This document shows, one piece after another, positions 12,946 to 23,433 of a stretch of DNA of 64,000 nt (its first letter is position 1; each line of letters starts with the position of its first letter). The position numbers and the translations under genes are program-made. The notes under the pieces are model-generated. The model was not told where the DNA came from. It saw only the letters and a list, made by a program, of their open reading frames with translations, and made no database searches. The stretch is from Lophium mytilinum (Eukaryota), in assembly GCA_010093605.1 (NCBI GenBank), contig MU004184.1:2118801-2182800 (forward strand), written 5' to 3'.

Positions 12946-14569
12946 CTTGTATGTCGGTAGTAACTTTGAGGACTTGGAGTTGGGGAAGGCACGTCGATTA
13001 CAGGCACACGAAAACGGGTGGGACAGTTAAAAGTATAAGAAGCGGAACTGCGGCGCAGGTGAAGGAGCAACCGTCTAGATGGACCGAAGTTTGCACGCGC
13101 CCAGGAGCAATCACAACAAGCACTTCTGTCCGAGCGGAAAGGGCAGAAGAGGCAAGAGTAGGGGCAGCAGATTATGAATGATGTTTTCAACGGTGACTAA
13201 TTGAGAAGATATCGGACTTAGCTGTACGTCACGTCATACCCTTGTAATAAGGGATTTCGGGTCTGTGGGATAGCTGTGGCCAGCCGCTGGTGCATCCTTT
13301 GGTGCATGCTACCAAACTCTAACGAGACGCCCACAAGTCATATCTCAAGCTAGTGCGGGCCACCAGCGCCGCGGAAACAAAGGTGGCCGCTGAGCGGTTG
13401 CAAGTCAAGTCCTCGATTCTTCTGGACTTAGCGGCGGGTCCTGTCGATCAAGCCGCTCGAGCGGTGAATACATTCCGAACCCTTTGATTGGTGTGCAGAA
13501 AGAATCTCTGCGGCTTACCTGCCGGCTACTTTACTAAGCTCCATACGCGTTGTCGGGAACCATTCGCATCAACAGATGCATCTAGTTGAACAACTCCGAC
13601 ATGAATTACAAATGTCATCGCCCACACAAAACAACCGAATGCGGCTAAAATCTCCATATCGAGCTATATTCGCAGGAGAGCGGGAACGAAAGTGTCTCCC
13701 AAGACTCCATCCGATTAGAAATGCGAAACTCTCTTGTCGAGGTATTTTGAGCTTGATGTAAGCGGTGTGATAGGGTTAAGACGTGGAAATAGCTGCATGG
13801 CACGCAAGACCGGTCTCCCAATGGGGTACAGCTAATTGACCCTTGGGTCTTTCAACGAACTAGCATACTGTTGGGCAACGATAGAGGTTGAAGAGGTGGC
13901 AGTATTGGAGGAAGCTGAGTGCTTGCAAGAGGCGCTGGGAGCGTCGGGAATACGGGTTTTAGGAGTTATGTGGAATTAAGTGCCGTACATCCGGTGGCAT
14001 GTGGCTCCTTATCGTCTTTCCTGTACTGTGGTTGAGAAGAAAAAAACCTTGAGAATTTTCAGTAGGACCCCGCGGGAGCTCGGGCCATGTTGGGCAATCC
14101 TCCAGATTCGTTCTTGCTCTCAACATCACAAGAGTCGGAAGCCTTCACTAACACCAAATTAACTGAAAAATGAGAATCTAGGCTTAAGACATATAAATGA
14201 GTAGAGGTTACGATGCTGATGCTCTAAGAAAAGACTGCCGACACGCTAGAATATAGAACTAGATGATTTCCTTAATTTCTTACCTTGAACCCTCTGTCAA
14301 TGTCCTCTCTCCCAATGTCCCTTCTTTCATCTATCAGCATACTACAGGAGACATCATGGGTCTTTCCCAATGAACATTTCTCGACTCTTATCCCCGAGCC
14401 GGAGGTTTCGTGTTGGAGCCTATACCTTCTACGCCTAGTCGTGTCGTCATTCATGACTACGACCACGTTCACTTAAGTCCATAGAAGAGAGCAAAGACTC
14501 AGTGACTGTGTGGTGTATGGAAACGGTTCGGAAAATTGAAGTAGGAGCTCCCTCCGGACCACGCTTGGC

Positions 14570-14660
14570 ATGGAAAAAGGGACACACTCATCAATATCTG
14601 TCTTTTGCACTCGTGTGTACACCTATCTGCCAATGCTTGAAGTGCTTCAACAAGTTTCCA
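14570..14660. mobile_element. Partial (left-arm) copy of the MITE-like family
   Basis: CTCGTGTGTACACCTATCTGCCAATGCTTGAAGTGCTTCAACAAGTTTCC aligns with 26240-26290 and 53552-53600. Confidence 0.65.
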
Positions 14661-14867
14661 GAGAGTAGCTCGCTGGAAGTTGGTGTGCGATATCTAAGGG
14701 CAGGAGTGCACCGTTAGTTTACGACTGCCTCAAGTATTGCAGAAACCTTGTGTTCTATTCCGTTACAGGATAGCTCCTTTCATTCGACACCACCCATTCT
14801 CAAGCTCGACGAACTTCCTCTCACAACTACGCACTCGATACAAACACTCTACTGCATGTCCATTCGC

Positions 14868-14916
14868 GCCAATATGAATAGTACATACGTGCCAATATGA
14901 ATAGTACATACGCGCC
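14868..14916. repeat. Near-perfect 23-bp tandem duplication (GCCAATATGAATAGTACATACG[T/C]) x2
   Basis: Read directly. Confidence 0.9.
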
Positions 14917-16401
14917 TATTCCTAACGGAAACCACCGGCATTCACATCCGAGCTCAATAGCGTCGAAAGTTCCTCAAGCTCTTAATAAGGAAAAATGAGG
15001 ACATGAACAGCGTGAGCTCGGAGGACGGCGTCCTAGACGTGACGTTCTCTTCCAGGCATGAGAAGGCGCGGGGGGGAAACCAGAATCACGAACTAGTGAG
15101 ATTCGATCGCTCTCTTGCTCGAACATATGGCTCTAACGTCCTAAGGTCGAGTGGCTCCGTTGGCGTCTTCAGGAAATGGTACCCCTAGGCGAGCAAACGA
15201 CACGTGAAGAACTTGAAAAGTTGACGAAGACCGCGGAGGATGTGATAGGTGTGAGATTTGTCTTGAATCATCAGGTGGGTATGTCTGGAGACCGAGTTTG
15301 CAGCTAGTAAGTTCAATTCGTTCTTTTGTTGCAAGCTCTAACATTGTAGCTCAACTGGCTTTTTCAGCTGGTCCAGGGACTCGGACAGCACTACCGGGAA
15401 AGCATGCTCAAACGGGGCCTGAGTGACCCATTGACGGTTGAAACTTTGCACATGGAGGTGTCTAGAGTGGACATAAAGTTCACGTTCAATCACAAAAATA
15501 TGGACTGGCTTTGGAAACTCCAGCTTGTAAGCTTGAATCCTTCTCTTGTTGGTACGTGTCGTTCTGATGTACGCTAGCACGAATGGTTTATCGAAGAACT
15601 TCGGAATATCGGAGCTAAGTACGACCATTGCTCGTCAGTTTCACTTGTAAGAAGCACCTGCAAATCTCTGATCGCAGTCCGGACCTTAAAACACAACGTC
15701 ACGTTGGGATAGAAGGAATTCCAGCCTCTGACGACGGCTACTTCGCTACCGAATGTGGAAATGGAAGATCACCAAGGTGCCATAGTGCTAAATCCCGATC
15801 AGCTTAGATGCTTGAATATTACCCGTATGTGGTTGGATTGGAGCTACTCCCTGATCTCTCGTTAGTATGGTGGTTGGAGGGTACGATTGAGCTGCATTTC
15901 TCTCTTGATCGTGTACTATGCATACCGTAGTTGCTTATATCATCTCTACGAGATGAAAGCAAAAAGCAGAGATGACTGCTACCAAGCTTTCAGTCTTTCA
16001 TCCATTCAAAAGCTTCTAGACTACAGTGCGTGACGTAAAAAACACATATTTTCAAGATCTATTCTTCGAATAGCATCATGTCCGAAAATATGATGGTCCA
16101 AATTGCTCACTCGACACCACTGTCAGAGGTAGCCTGGTTTCCAAAAAGCCAGGTAGTCAAGAGATAGTCAAGCGCTCGTGTAACACATGCAAGCAAGGCA
16201 CCTCATGGGGCCACTACACACAGCTCACGAGGTCAACGCTCCCTGTGTGGAATGCATCCACACATGCTCGTGCAACCTAACCGCATGCGTCACCCACAAA
16301 GCTTCCTTCACACGTCCATACAGCACCCCGCCAATTAATTCCCTCACCATTAAAAGGAGCCCATCTATGTACACTCTTATATTTCCGCAGCACCCCAAAT
16401 C

Positions 16402-16647
16402 AGCTCAGTGGCGCAGCGGCAAGTAACCCAACTTCCTCTCTTCAAATACTAGGCTAACAAATCGCAGGAAGCGCGGTATGTTGCCCTTTGTTCGAGGTCT
16501 TGGGTTCAATCGACTGACGGTCCATCTAGCCGGGCTCATATATATACATATATTGTGTTACCCGGAGGACAACGGTATGTCGCCTGAACTTCTCGGACCT
16601 AGATCCCCCGCTGATCTCAAATTCAGGATCGAAACCGTTCTGAGCTA
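16402..16647 (+). tRNA. Initiator tRNA-Met(CAT) split by three spliceosomal-type introns and one canonical tRNA intron
   Basis: Exons 16402-16418, 16468-16475, 16530-16540, 16560-16574, 16627-16647 join to AGCTCAG TG GCGC AGCGGAA GCGC G CCGGG CTCATAA CCCGG AGGAC AACGG ATCGAAA CCGTT CTGAGCT A (72 nt). All four stems pair perfectly. Initiator signatures: A1:U72, three G-C pairs 29-31/39-41, A54 and A60 in the T-loop (AUCGAAA). Introns: 16419-16467 GCAAGT..GCTAAC..CAG; 16476-16529 GTATGT..ACTGAC..TAG; 16541-16559 canonical at 37/38; 16575-16626 GTATGT..GCTGAT..CAG. Confidence 0.93.
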
Positions 16648-16657
16648 TCAAGCTATC

Positions 16658-16664
16658 TTTTTTT
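16658..16664 (+). terminator. Pol III oligo-T terminator (T7) after tRNA-iMet
   Basis: TTTTTTT begins 11 nt after the discriminator A. A further T6 run follows at about 16670. Confidence 0.8.
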
Positions 16665-17252
16665 GGCAATTTTTTGGGGTTTGTGGCACACACATATGAC
16701 TCACGGCATGTTTTATTTTTATTTTTTGAAGGTGGAGTGGATTTGAAGCTAGCGAAGGTGGATCTAGTGGGTAGAAAATGGGCAGAGATAAAGTGGCAGT
16801 CTAGGGCCGTTTGAGGTGGCGGAGGCCCATTAACTTTGTCAAATCTTGTCGTTTGTATAGTTTTGATAATGTACAGAGGAACTTAAGCTGTGTAAGGTAA
16901 AAGTGTGTATCTGAATCAAACGGTGGAGAAAAGAACCACAGGCTCGTGGTCTGCCACTTTTGTTCAAGGGAGCCTGATCGGGATAGGATTCGCTAAGGCA
17001 TGCGTTTCGTTTTCACCAACGCGGATTGTATAGAAATTCACCTATTTGAACAACTCACAAGATTCGTTGGACTCAACAAGGCGTTTTCTGCATGAAGGAC
17101 GGCTTTGTTTTTGAGTGCACATACATCTGGTCCGCGACCAGAGATGCTACTCATTTCATAGTACATTTGAGTCTATCCAGCCTACTAACGCTCCTAGTAC
17201 GGCTGGTGAGAAGCAAGACCGCTCTGTGATCTTCCGCCTCGCTCAACTAGGT

Positions 17253-18145
17253 CTAATTCACTTGCGTGCCATATCCCCTAATCCCCTCCGCAAACGCCCA
17301 ACTCTGGTTCTCCAGCTTCTCGTTCTCCTTCAGTTCCACGCCCTCCTTCGTGATCACCGCAATCGAGTACTTGTCCATGCTCCTCGCATCCCGATAGAAC
17401 AGCACCTTCATAGACTCCTTGACCAACTCCACCGCCTGCTCCTTCGTCACGCTCGCAACCGTCGCCTCGTCCGGTACCGTACGCCTGAGAATCGGCTGCG
17501 CCAAATGCGCTCCGAATCCCGTCGCAAGCGTTGGGCTTGAGAACGTTGTGCCTAGCAGATCCGCGCTCGCGAGGAAGGGCTTATTCTCGCCATCCAAGCC
17601 AGCCACCAGCAGGTGGTTCCACAGCGGGTTGAAGTCGGAGCGGCGCTTGTACATGACCTTGGAAAGATACGTGTGCAAGTTCTTGGCGTGCAGCTGGGCG
17701 TCGGGGGACTCCTCGGCGTAGTTCTCGCGGATGTCGAGCGAGGAGAGTAGGCGGTCGAGGTATTGCATGTCCGAGACGTCGCCGCCGAAGCCGACAACGG
17801 CGCGTGTGTTAAATTTGCGGAGACGCTTCACGTCGGTGAAGCGGGCGAGGGAGCCATATGATGCTGCGAGAGTGTTAGTTTGTATTCAATGGAAAATGCA
17901 GATAGATTGGCGTGCCTAGGTTGTCCGCTGCGATCACTACGCCGTCCTTAAACTTCACTGCTATGACCGAGGTTCCTGTTACGATCGGTGATTGTGTGTG
18001 CGTTGTGGGGCCAGAGGTCTGTAGGAAGGAGTTGCTGTATGCGCCGTAGACGTCGTCTCGCGGCTGGGAGTTTGTTAATGGATGGAGAGGTAGGCTAGAG
18101 GTTTGAGATGCTTACACGGCCCCAAGCTTGAGGAAGGTGATTCAT
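17253..18145 (-). CDS. PRE4: 20S proteasome subunit beta-7
   Basis: Exons 18145-18116, 18063-17916, 17863-17253. Motifs [71 protein letters not shown]. Intron 2 is GC-AG. Confidence 0.96.
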
Positions 18146-18423
18146 GTTGGCGTGGGAGGAAGAGGACGACTTTCGAGTTGAAGGTGAGTCTGTGGAGATG
18201 TGTAGTAGAGTATGGGTGGGCTTCGAGGTGGGAGCTGCGGTGTTGCGGTGATGGGTCCAGGTCTAGGCAGCTTAACGACGCGAAAGCTGTCTGGCGGCGG
18301 CTTCAGACTTGGTCCGAGCTCCATTTTTTGATATAAGATGGCTTTCACAAATTTTGCACATTCTAAGAGGCATAGTTGGTGGGTATACGGCTTCATCAAT
18401 TACATAGCATCTCCATCGCTCAC

Positions 18424-19445
18424 TCACCTTGACCGTGAGCGTCTCCGCCCTGGCGACCGCGATCTGCTACGAAATCTTCGCCTTCGAGGCTCGTCTCGCC
18501 CACCTCGATGCTCGTACTCCTTCCGCTTGCCACGATCCTGAACCAATGGACTAGGCTTCTCTTTATCCAAGTTAGCCATGACTCTCTCTGCCGCGCTGCC
18601 TCTGGAAAGGTTCCCCCCAGGCGTAGCAGCCCTACTGGAAGCTCCTGAGGCCGACGCCGGAACGAATTCGATCGCTTCCCTCTGCACTTTTGCTTGCTCC
18701 GCCTCGCGCTGTTTCGTGATTTCTTTTTGGCTTGCAACCAGCTGATCTGCGTATGCCCACTTAGGAAACTTAGAAGGAATAGCCAGCTCCTCTGGCAGAG
18801 TTGACGCATACTGGTCAATCTCGCTGATGCCCGCGAACTCCATCAACTTCTGTAAGTGACTGGGATTCCTCAAAGCTGATGTCTTCTCAATTCTCTCGTT
18901 GAAATGCACTCCCCGCTTCTTCAACTCCAGAAACTGCGCGAATCTTGCTGTGGGACCGGGTCGAGGAGAGCCTGGTGGAGATGGTGGGATATTGAAGTTT
19001 GGTATGGGTGGCATTGTAAGATTTCGAATGATGAGTCGAGAAGCAGAATACGGCGATAGAGGCGCGGAATCGCCTTCTGCTACACTATTGACTGGCGGCG
19101 GAGTCGCAGACGGCCCCATCGTTGGCCCTACCACGGGATCCTCACGGCCTGGTTCATCCTTGGGTTGTGTTGTGGGAGCCAGAGCTGGCTCGTTCGATAT
19201 GGCCGCATCGTCTAGCTAATTTCAGCATAGACTTCTGATCAGAACTGGGCTTTGACGTACGTATAGGGGCTATGCTGGATTTGACAGGGGCCTGTTGACT
19301 GGTTGCTTTTGTCTGCGTCTTGTCTATTAGTAGCTATCCGGCCTTTTGTAGAGGGTTGACTCGAAGCTGAACTTCTTACCTGCTCTTTGACTGGAGCAGC
19401 GACCTCTTCCTCGTCATCGCTGCTCGCATAGTTCAATCCCAACAT
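18424..19445 (-). CDS. HCNGP/SAP30BP-like protein with RS-rich tail
   Basis: N-terminal MLGLNYASSDDEEE exon (19445-19380). Main exon has IPPSPPGSP...FLELKKRGVHFNERIEKTSALRNPSHLQKLMEFAGI and ends RSRSRSPGRRRSRSR. The middle exon boundary is uncertain. Confidence 0.85.
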
Positions 19446-19685
19446 GATGTGTGAATGTGTTGGAGGTGAGGGAGTGTAGAGCATGGGTCTTCAAGATATC
19501 TGATAAAGCCTTGGCAAAAACGTCTGTGAGGCGGAAGGCATCAAGCTCCGCGTCAACTCCAAACGAAGCTCCATCACCAGCTTCCACGACCACTCACCTC
19601 CTCACCACCGCATTCCGTGAACGAACCCTCCCTATCCCTCACTACTGCCCTCTCCTCGTCCATCAGAAGCATCAATCTACCCACC

Positions 19686-20528
19686 ATGGCCTCAATATTC
19701 GCCGGAGCACCGCCAAATGGTGCACCAGGCTACTCTTTCGCGCAAACACCCACCGCCGCCCCTTCCGGCATTCGAGAACACAGCTTCTATCCGTACGATA
19801 TCTATACCCTCTCGAGAACCTCTCACTGATAACCCCCCAGCTACACCGACAACGGAGGCTCCACACTGGGCATATCCGGCGCCGACTTCTCTATCCTCGC
19901 TGGCGACACTCGCTCAACAAGCGGATACAGCATTAATACGCGCTACGCCCCCAAGCTCTTCAAGATCGGCGGCGAAGGACCCGAGAGCAAAGGTGCACGC
20001 ATCGTGCTCTCCGTCGTCGGCTTCGCGGCCGACGGTGAAGCCCTCAAGGAACGCCTCGACACCATCGTCAAGATGTACAAGTACCAGCACGGCAAGCCAA
20101 TGAGCGTGGCCGCGTGTGCGCAACGCCTGTCGCATATCCTCTACGGCAAGCGCTTCTTCCCCTACTACGTTACGGCGATCCTGGGCGGGCTAGATGAGGA
20201 GGGCAAGGGCGCGTTATACAGCTACGACCCTGTGGGGAGCTACGAGCGGGAGCAGTGCCGAGCGGCGGGTGCGGCGGCGAGCTTGATCATGCCGTTCTTG
20301 GATAATCAGGTCAACTTCAAGAATCAGTACATACCGGGGAGCGGAGAGGGCCATGCGTTGCAGCAGCGGGTGCCGGAGCCGCTGCCACGGAAGGATGTGG
20401 AGGAACTGGTCAAGGATGCGTTCACGAGTGCAGTAGAGAGGCATATTGAGGTTGGAGACGGGCTGCAGATGATGATTATCACGAAGGATGGCATCGAGGA
20501 AATATACGAGGAGCTGAAGAAGGACTGA
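19686..20528 (+). CDS. PRE7: 20S proteasome subunit beta-6
   Basis: Exons 19686-19792 and 19841-20528. Motifs FYPYTDNGGSTLGI, LAGDTR, LYGKRFFPYYV, YSYDPVGSYERE, FTSAVERHIEVGDGL. Confidence 0.97.
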
Positions 20529-20940
20529 GCTTGCAAAGAGGCTTGAAGTCTGGCTGGGGTTGTGTATGCTTATTTGGTGCTAGGCGTGAGCGACTTATAG
20601 ACTCACACTTGCTTCCTACCAGTCAAAGAAGAATCCAGAAATCCTCAAGACTTCCGTCACGACGACGCGCGCTGGATGTGAAAAAGTGGCATACTTACCA
20701 AGCACTCTGTCAGGCTTCGTTGAACCTAATCTGGGCAGTTCCACACCGTTTGAGGTGGCCTGGTGAGCTATCAGCCTTGTCAATATTACAATTTCATGGC
20801 TTTTGTTAACGTACCAGGGGACTTCAAACAATGTCAGGTCAACGTACACAGGTTCAGAGTATGTATTCATGTGGAATATAGGAAGCTTCAGAATCGAATC
20901 CCAAATTCGTGGACTGCCAATCTCTCCTTAAGGGACCCTG

Positions 20941-21037
20941 CTTGCCACTGCTTTGCTTCAAAACGTTTTCACATGGCCCAAGGTGAAGAGGTGCTAGCTG
21001 TTCAGATTTCCGAGGATGGATTAAAGCACCCTTAGCA
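20941..21037. mobile_element. Internally deleted copy of the MITE-like family (intergenic)
   Basis: TGCCACTGCTTTGCTTCAAAACGTTTTCACATGGCCCAAGGTGAAG matches 53570-53615 and 26258-26308. Confidence 0.65.
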
Positions 21038-21120
21038 CTAGCAGCACAATTCAAAAGTATGCTATCTAACCTAAACGGTGCGGTCCTTCCTCTTGAACAG
21101 CCTGTCATCCCTAGTTCAAC

Positions 21121-23433
21121 TTATCTGTTCGCAGATATCCAAACACCTTGAGGACCGAGCGGAGTATGGCCCATATTCGTGACGCCATTCTCCGACCTCC
21201 TCTTTTCCGGAGGAGCAGCCCGTACGAGCACTTCACCAACAGGGTCGCCTTCCGCGCGACAAACGATCCACTTACCCATCCCATACTTCGCAGGCGCCGT
21301 TCGAACGCCTCTGCCCCCTCCGCCAACGATGAGATTACCAGGCCGGTAGCTCGGATTCGTTTCCATCCGTTTGATGACCGAATTATGGATTACAGCATTA
21401 TCGGGAACGTCTCTAGTTTCGCCTTTCGGCAAAGGCCAAGTGATACTCTTCCAAGAGCCGTCTTCCTGCAAGTCCATTCGGCGGAAAGGCAAGTATTCCA
21501 TCATGTTCCATGAAATGACAGACGCTCGTGACACTCCGTTCCCAAACTGCAACACGTCGTGTATCTTCCCTTTGCAGGCAGCAGCCTCCAACAGAGTATG
21601 GAACCGAGAGGGTTTGGATCCAACAGAGCTAGTTGTCGTTTGCGGCCGTAGACGATGCGGAAGTCCTGATGAGGGCCCAACCTCGGGATCAGGCGATGCT
21701 GGGTCGATTTCGATTTGTGGAACCACAGTTGACTTCCTTCTTTGAATCTCGTCTGGACAACAATTGAGGGCCTTGAGCTTGACCTCGTCGAAGTGGAGGC
21801 CGGCGCTTTGCGATTCTTTTACCATCCACACTAGTGGAATATGGCTGAGAGCTGAGTCTTCTCCATCCCCGAGCGGCCATCCACCCCCGATATCCTGAAT
21901 TTGTTAGTGATTGATCAATGTAAAGTATATCGTTATCGTACCGCGTGGCATCCAGCAAACCAGACTTCCCGGATATCTTGCTCTTCGCCATCTGAATCCT
22001 CATCATCATCGTAGTGTCTGATTGCCGCCATCGAGGTCTCTGAAATTGATGTGGCGGCCGAGGAAGGTCGATCATTTTCAGAGCGTCCATTCGGTGAGAG
22101 GCCGGGACTCAAACTGCGTATACCTCTCGTATCTGACCCATCCCTGAACATTTCTTGCTCGGGTGGCATCAGGGTACCCCGACGGGATGGATTATAGCGA
22201 TGCGTGTCTGCGCTTGGTCTTCCCCTCGCTTGTTGCTCTACTTCATCGATGGCCGAGAGGTTGAAAGGGTGTAAAACACGCTGGCGTCGATGATGGTAGT
22301 GGTGCGTCTTCTTTGGCTTCGTTTCTGATATGAGGTCCTGCCGGAATTTGGCGCGTCGTTCATCGATGGCGACAGCATGCCGAACAACTTTCGCAGAGCT
22401 GCGAGCTGTGTAAGGGAATTTGCTTCTCTGCATCCATGCGTTCTCGAATCTTGGGACGGAATTGACAGTGTCGAAGAGACCTAGGAATCGTATGCGACGA
22501 ACAGGCCGGCTAAAGGTCTCGCGAAAAGCACACATGAAGTCGAGAAGGTATTTCTTATCATCCTTCTCTTTCTCGGTGCGTTCTTGCCGAACCTGCCATT
22601 TCTGAAAGGTCTTCCACGCAAAATGGCACATTTCTTCATTTCCAGCCTAGAAAAGATCAGTAAGAGGTCATGGCATGTAGGTACAGCACACTGCTCTGCG
22701 ACCGTCCGAAGTCCTCCAACGCGCTATGAAAATGAAAAACGTCAATCTTGACAGGCCTGATAGCTCATGAAGCCACCCTAAACGGTATTGAAATGGTGTA
22801 CCACCTCTCTCAGAAGCAGTGGAAAAATGCGCGCAGATCTAGGACAACCGCTCTAAATCAAAGAACTTACCGACAAGAGACCTATGTGGTCCAACATTTC
22901 CGCGAGGAACCGGGCTGTGTATGCGCCACGAGAAAATCCGAAGAAATATATATCATCGCCAGGAATATAATAGCGCATGAGGAACTACAAAGTATCAGCA
23001 CATAATCAATTTGTCTTCAACGGCTATGATTGATTTGAGGAAAGATGAAAGAGCTTACTCGATAGCCAGCCATTACATGTTCATCGAACGATGTCCCAAC
23101 CGCAGAATCCTTGGCCTTCGCATACCAAGACTTGAGGCGGTCAATGCGACTGGTGTGCGAATAAGACTTGGAAACCACATATGTGCCAATGCCAGGCTGG
23201 TAGTAGTGGAATTGACTCTCGTCATTGCGATCAAGCATCCGGTAGATTTTCAGGATATTGGAATCAGAGTCAGTTCCTGAGAACTTGTTCCCCGTCCCAT
23301 CAAAACACAAGACGAACTTCTTGCGCTTTCTATGGGGACCTGCTCTTGCGGGGACGAAGAATTCATTGGTTTCTGTGCCCGGACTGGCGTGCCTCTGTGA
23401 AGGGGCCTGGCTCGTTGGCAGTAAAGAAGCCAT
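21121..23433 (-). CDS. DUF2235 (Tle1-like alpha/beta hydrolase; yeast YEL023C-like) protein, 4 exons
   Basis: Exons about 23433-23059, 22984-22871, 22646-21942, 21894-21121. Motifs [65 protein letters not shown]. Confidence 0.9.
22672..22842. mobile_element. Highly degenerate MITE-like copy in the 224-nt DUF2235 intron
   Basis: Inverted arms ACACTGCTCTG ... CAGAAGCAGTGGAAAAATGCGCGCAGATCT resemble the family right arm (AGTAGTGGTATACGCGCGTACATATCT at about 26355). Confidence 0.35.

Noticed and set aside
13900..15700. Short minus-strand ORFs (14272-14472, 15338-15628) as a gene or transposon remnant
   Set aside because: No recognisable domain and no consistent exon chain could be built.
16478..16699. 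73-aa ORF overlapping the tRNA locus (and the 79-aa ORF 16187-16426)
   Set aside because: No protein-like features. The sequence is fully explained by tRNA exons and introns.
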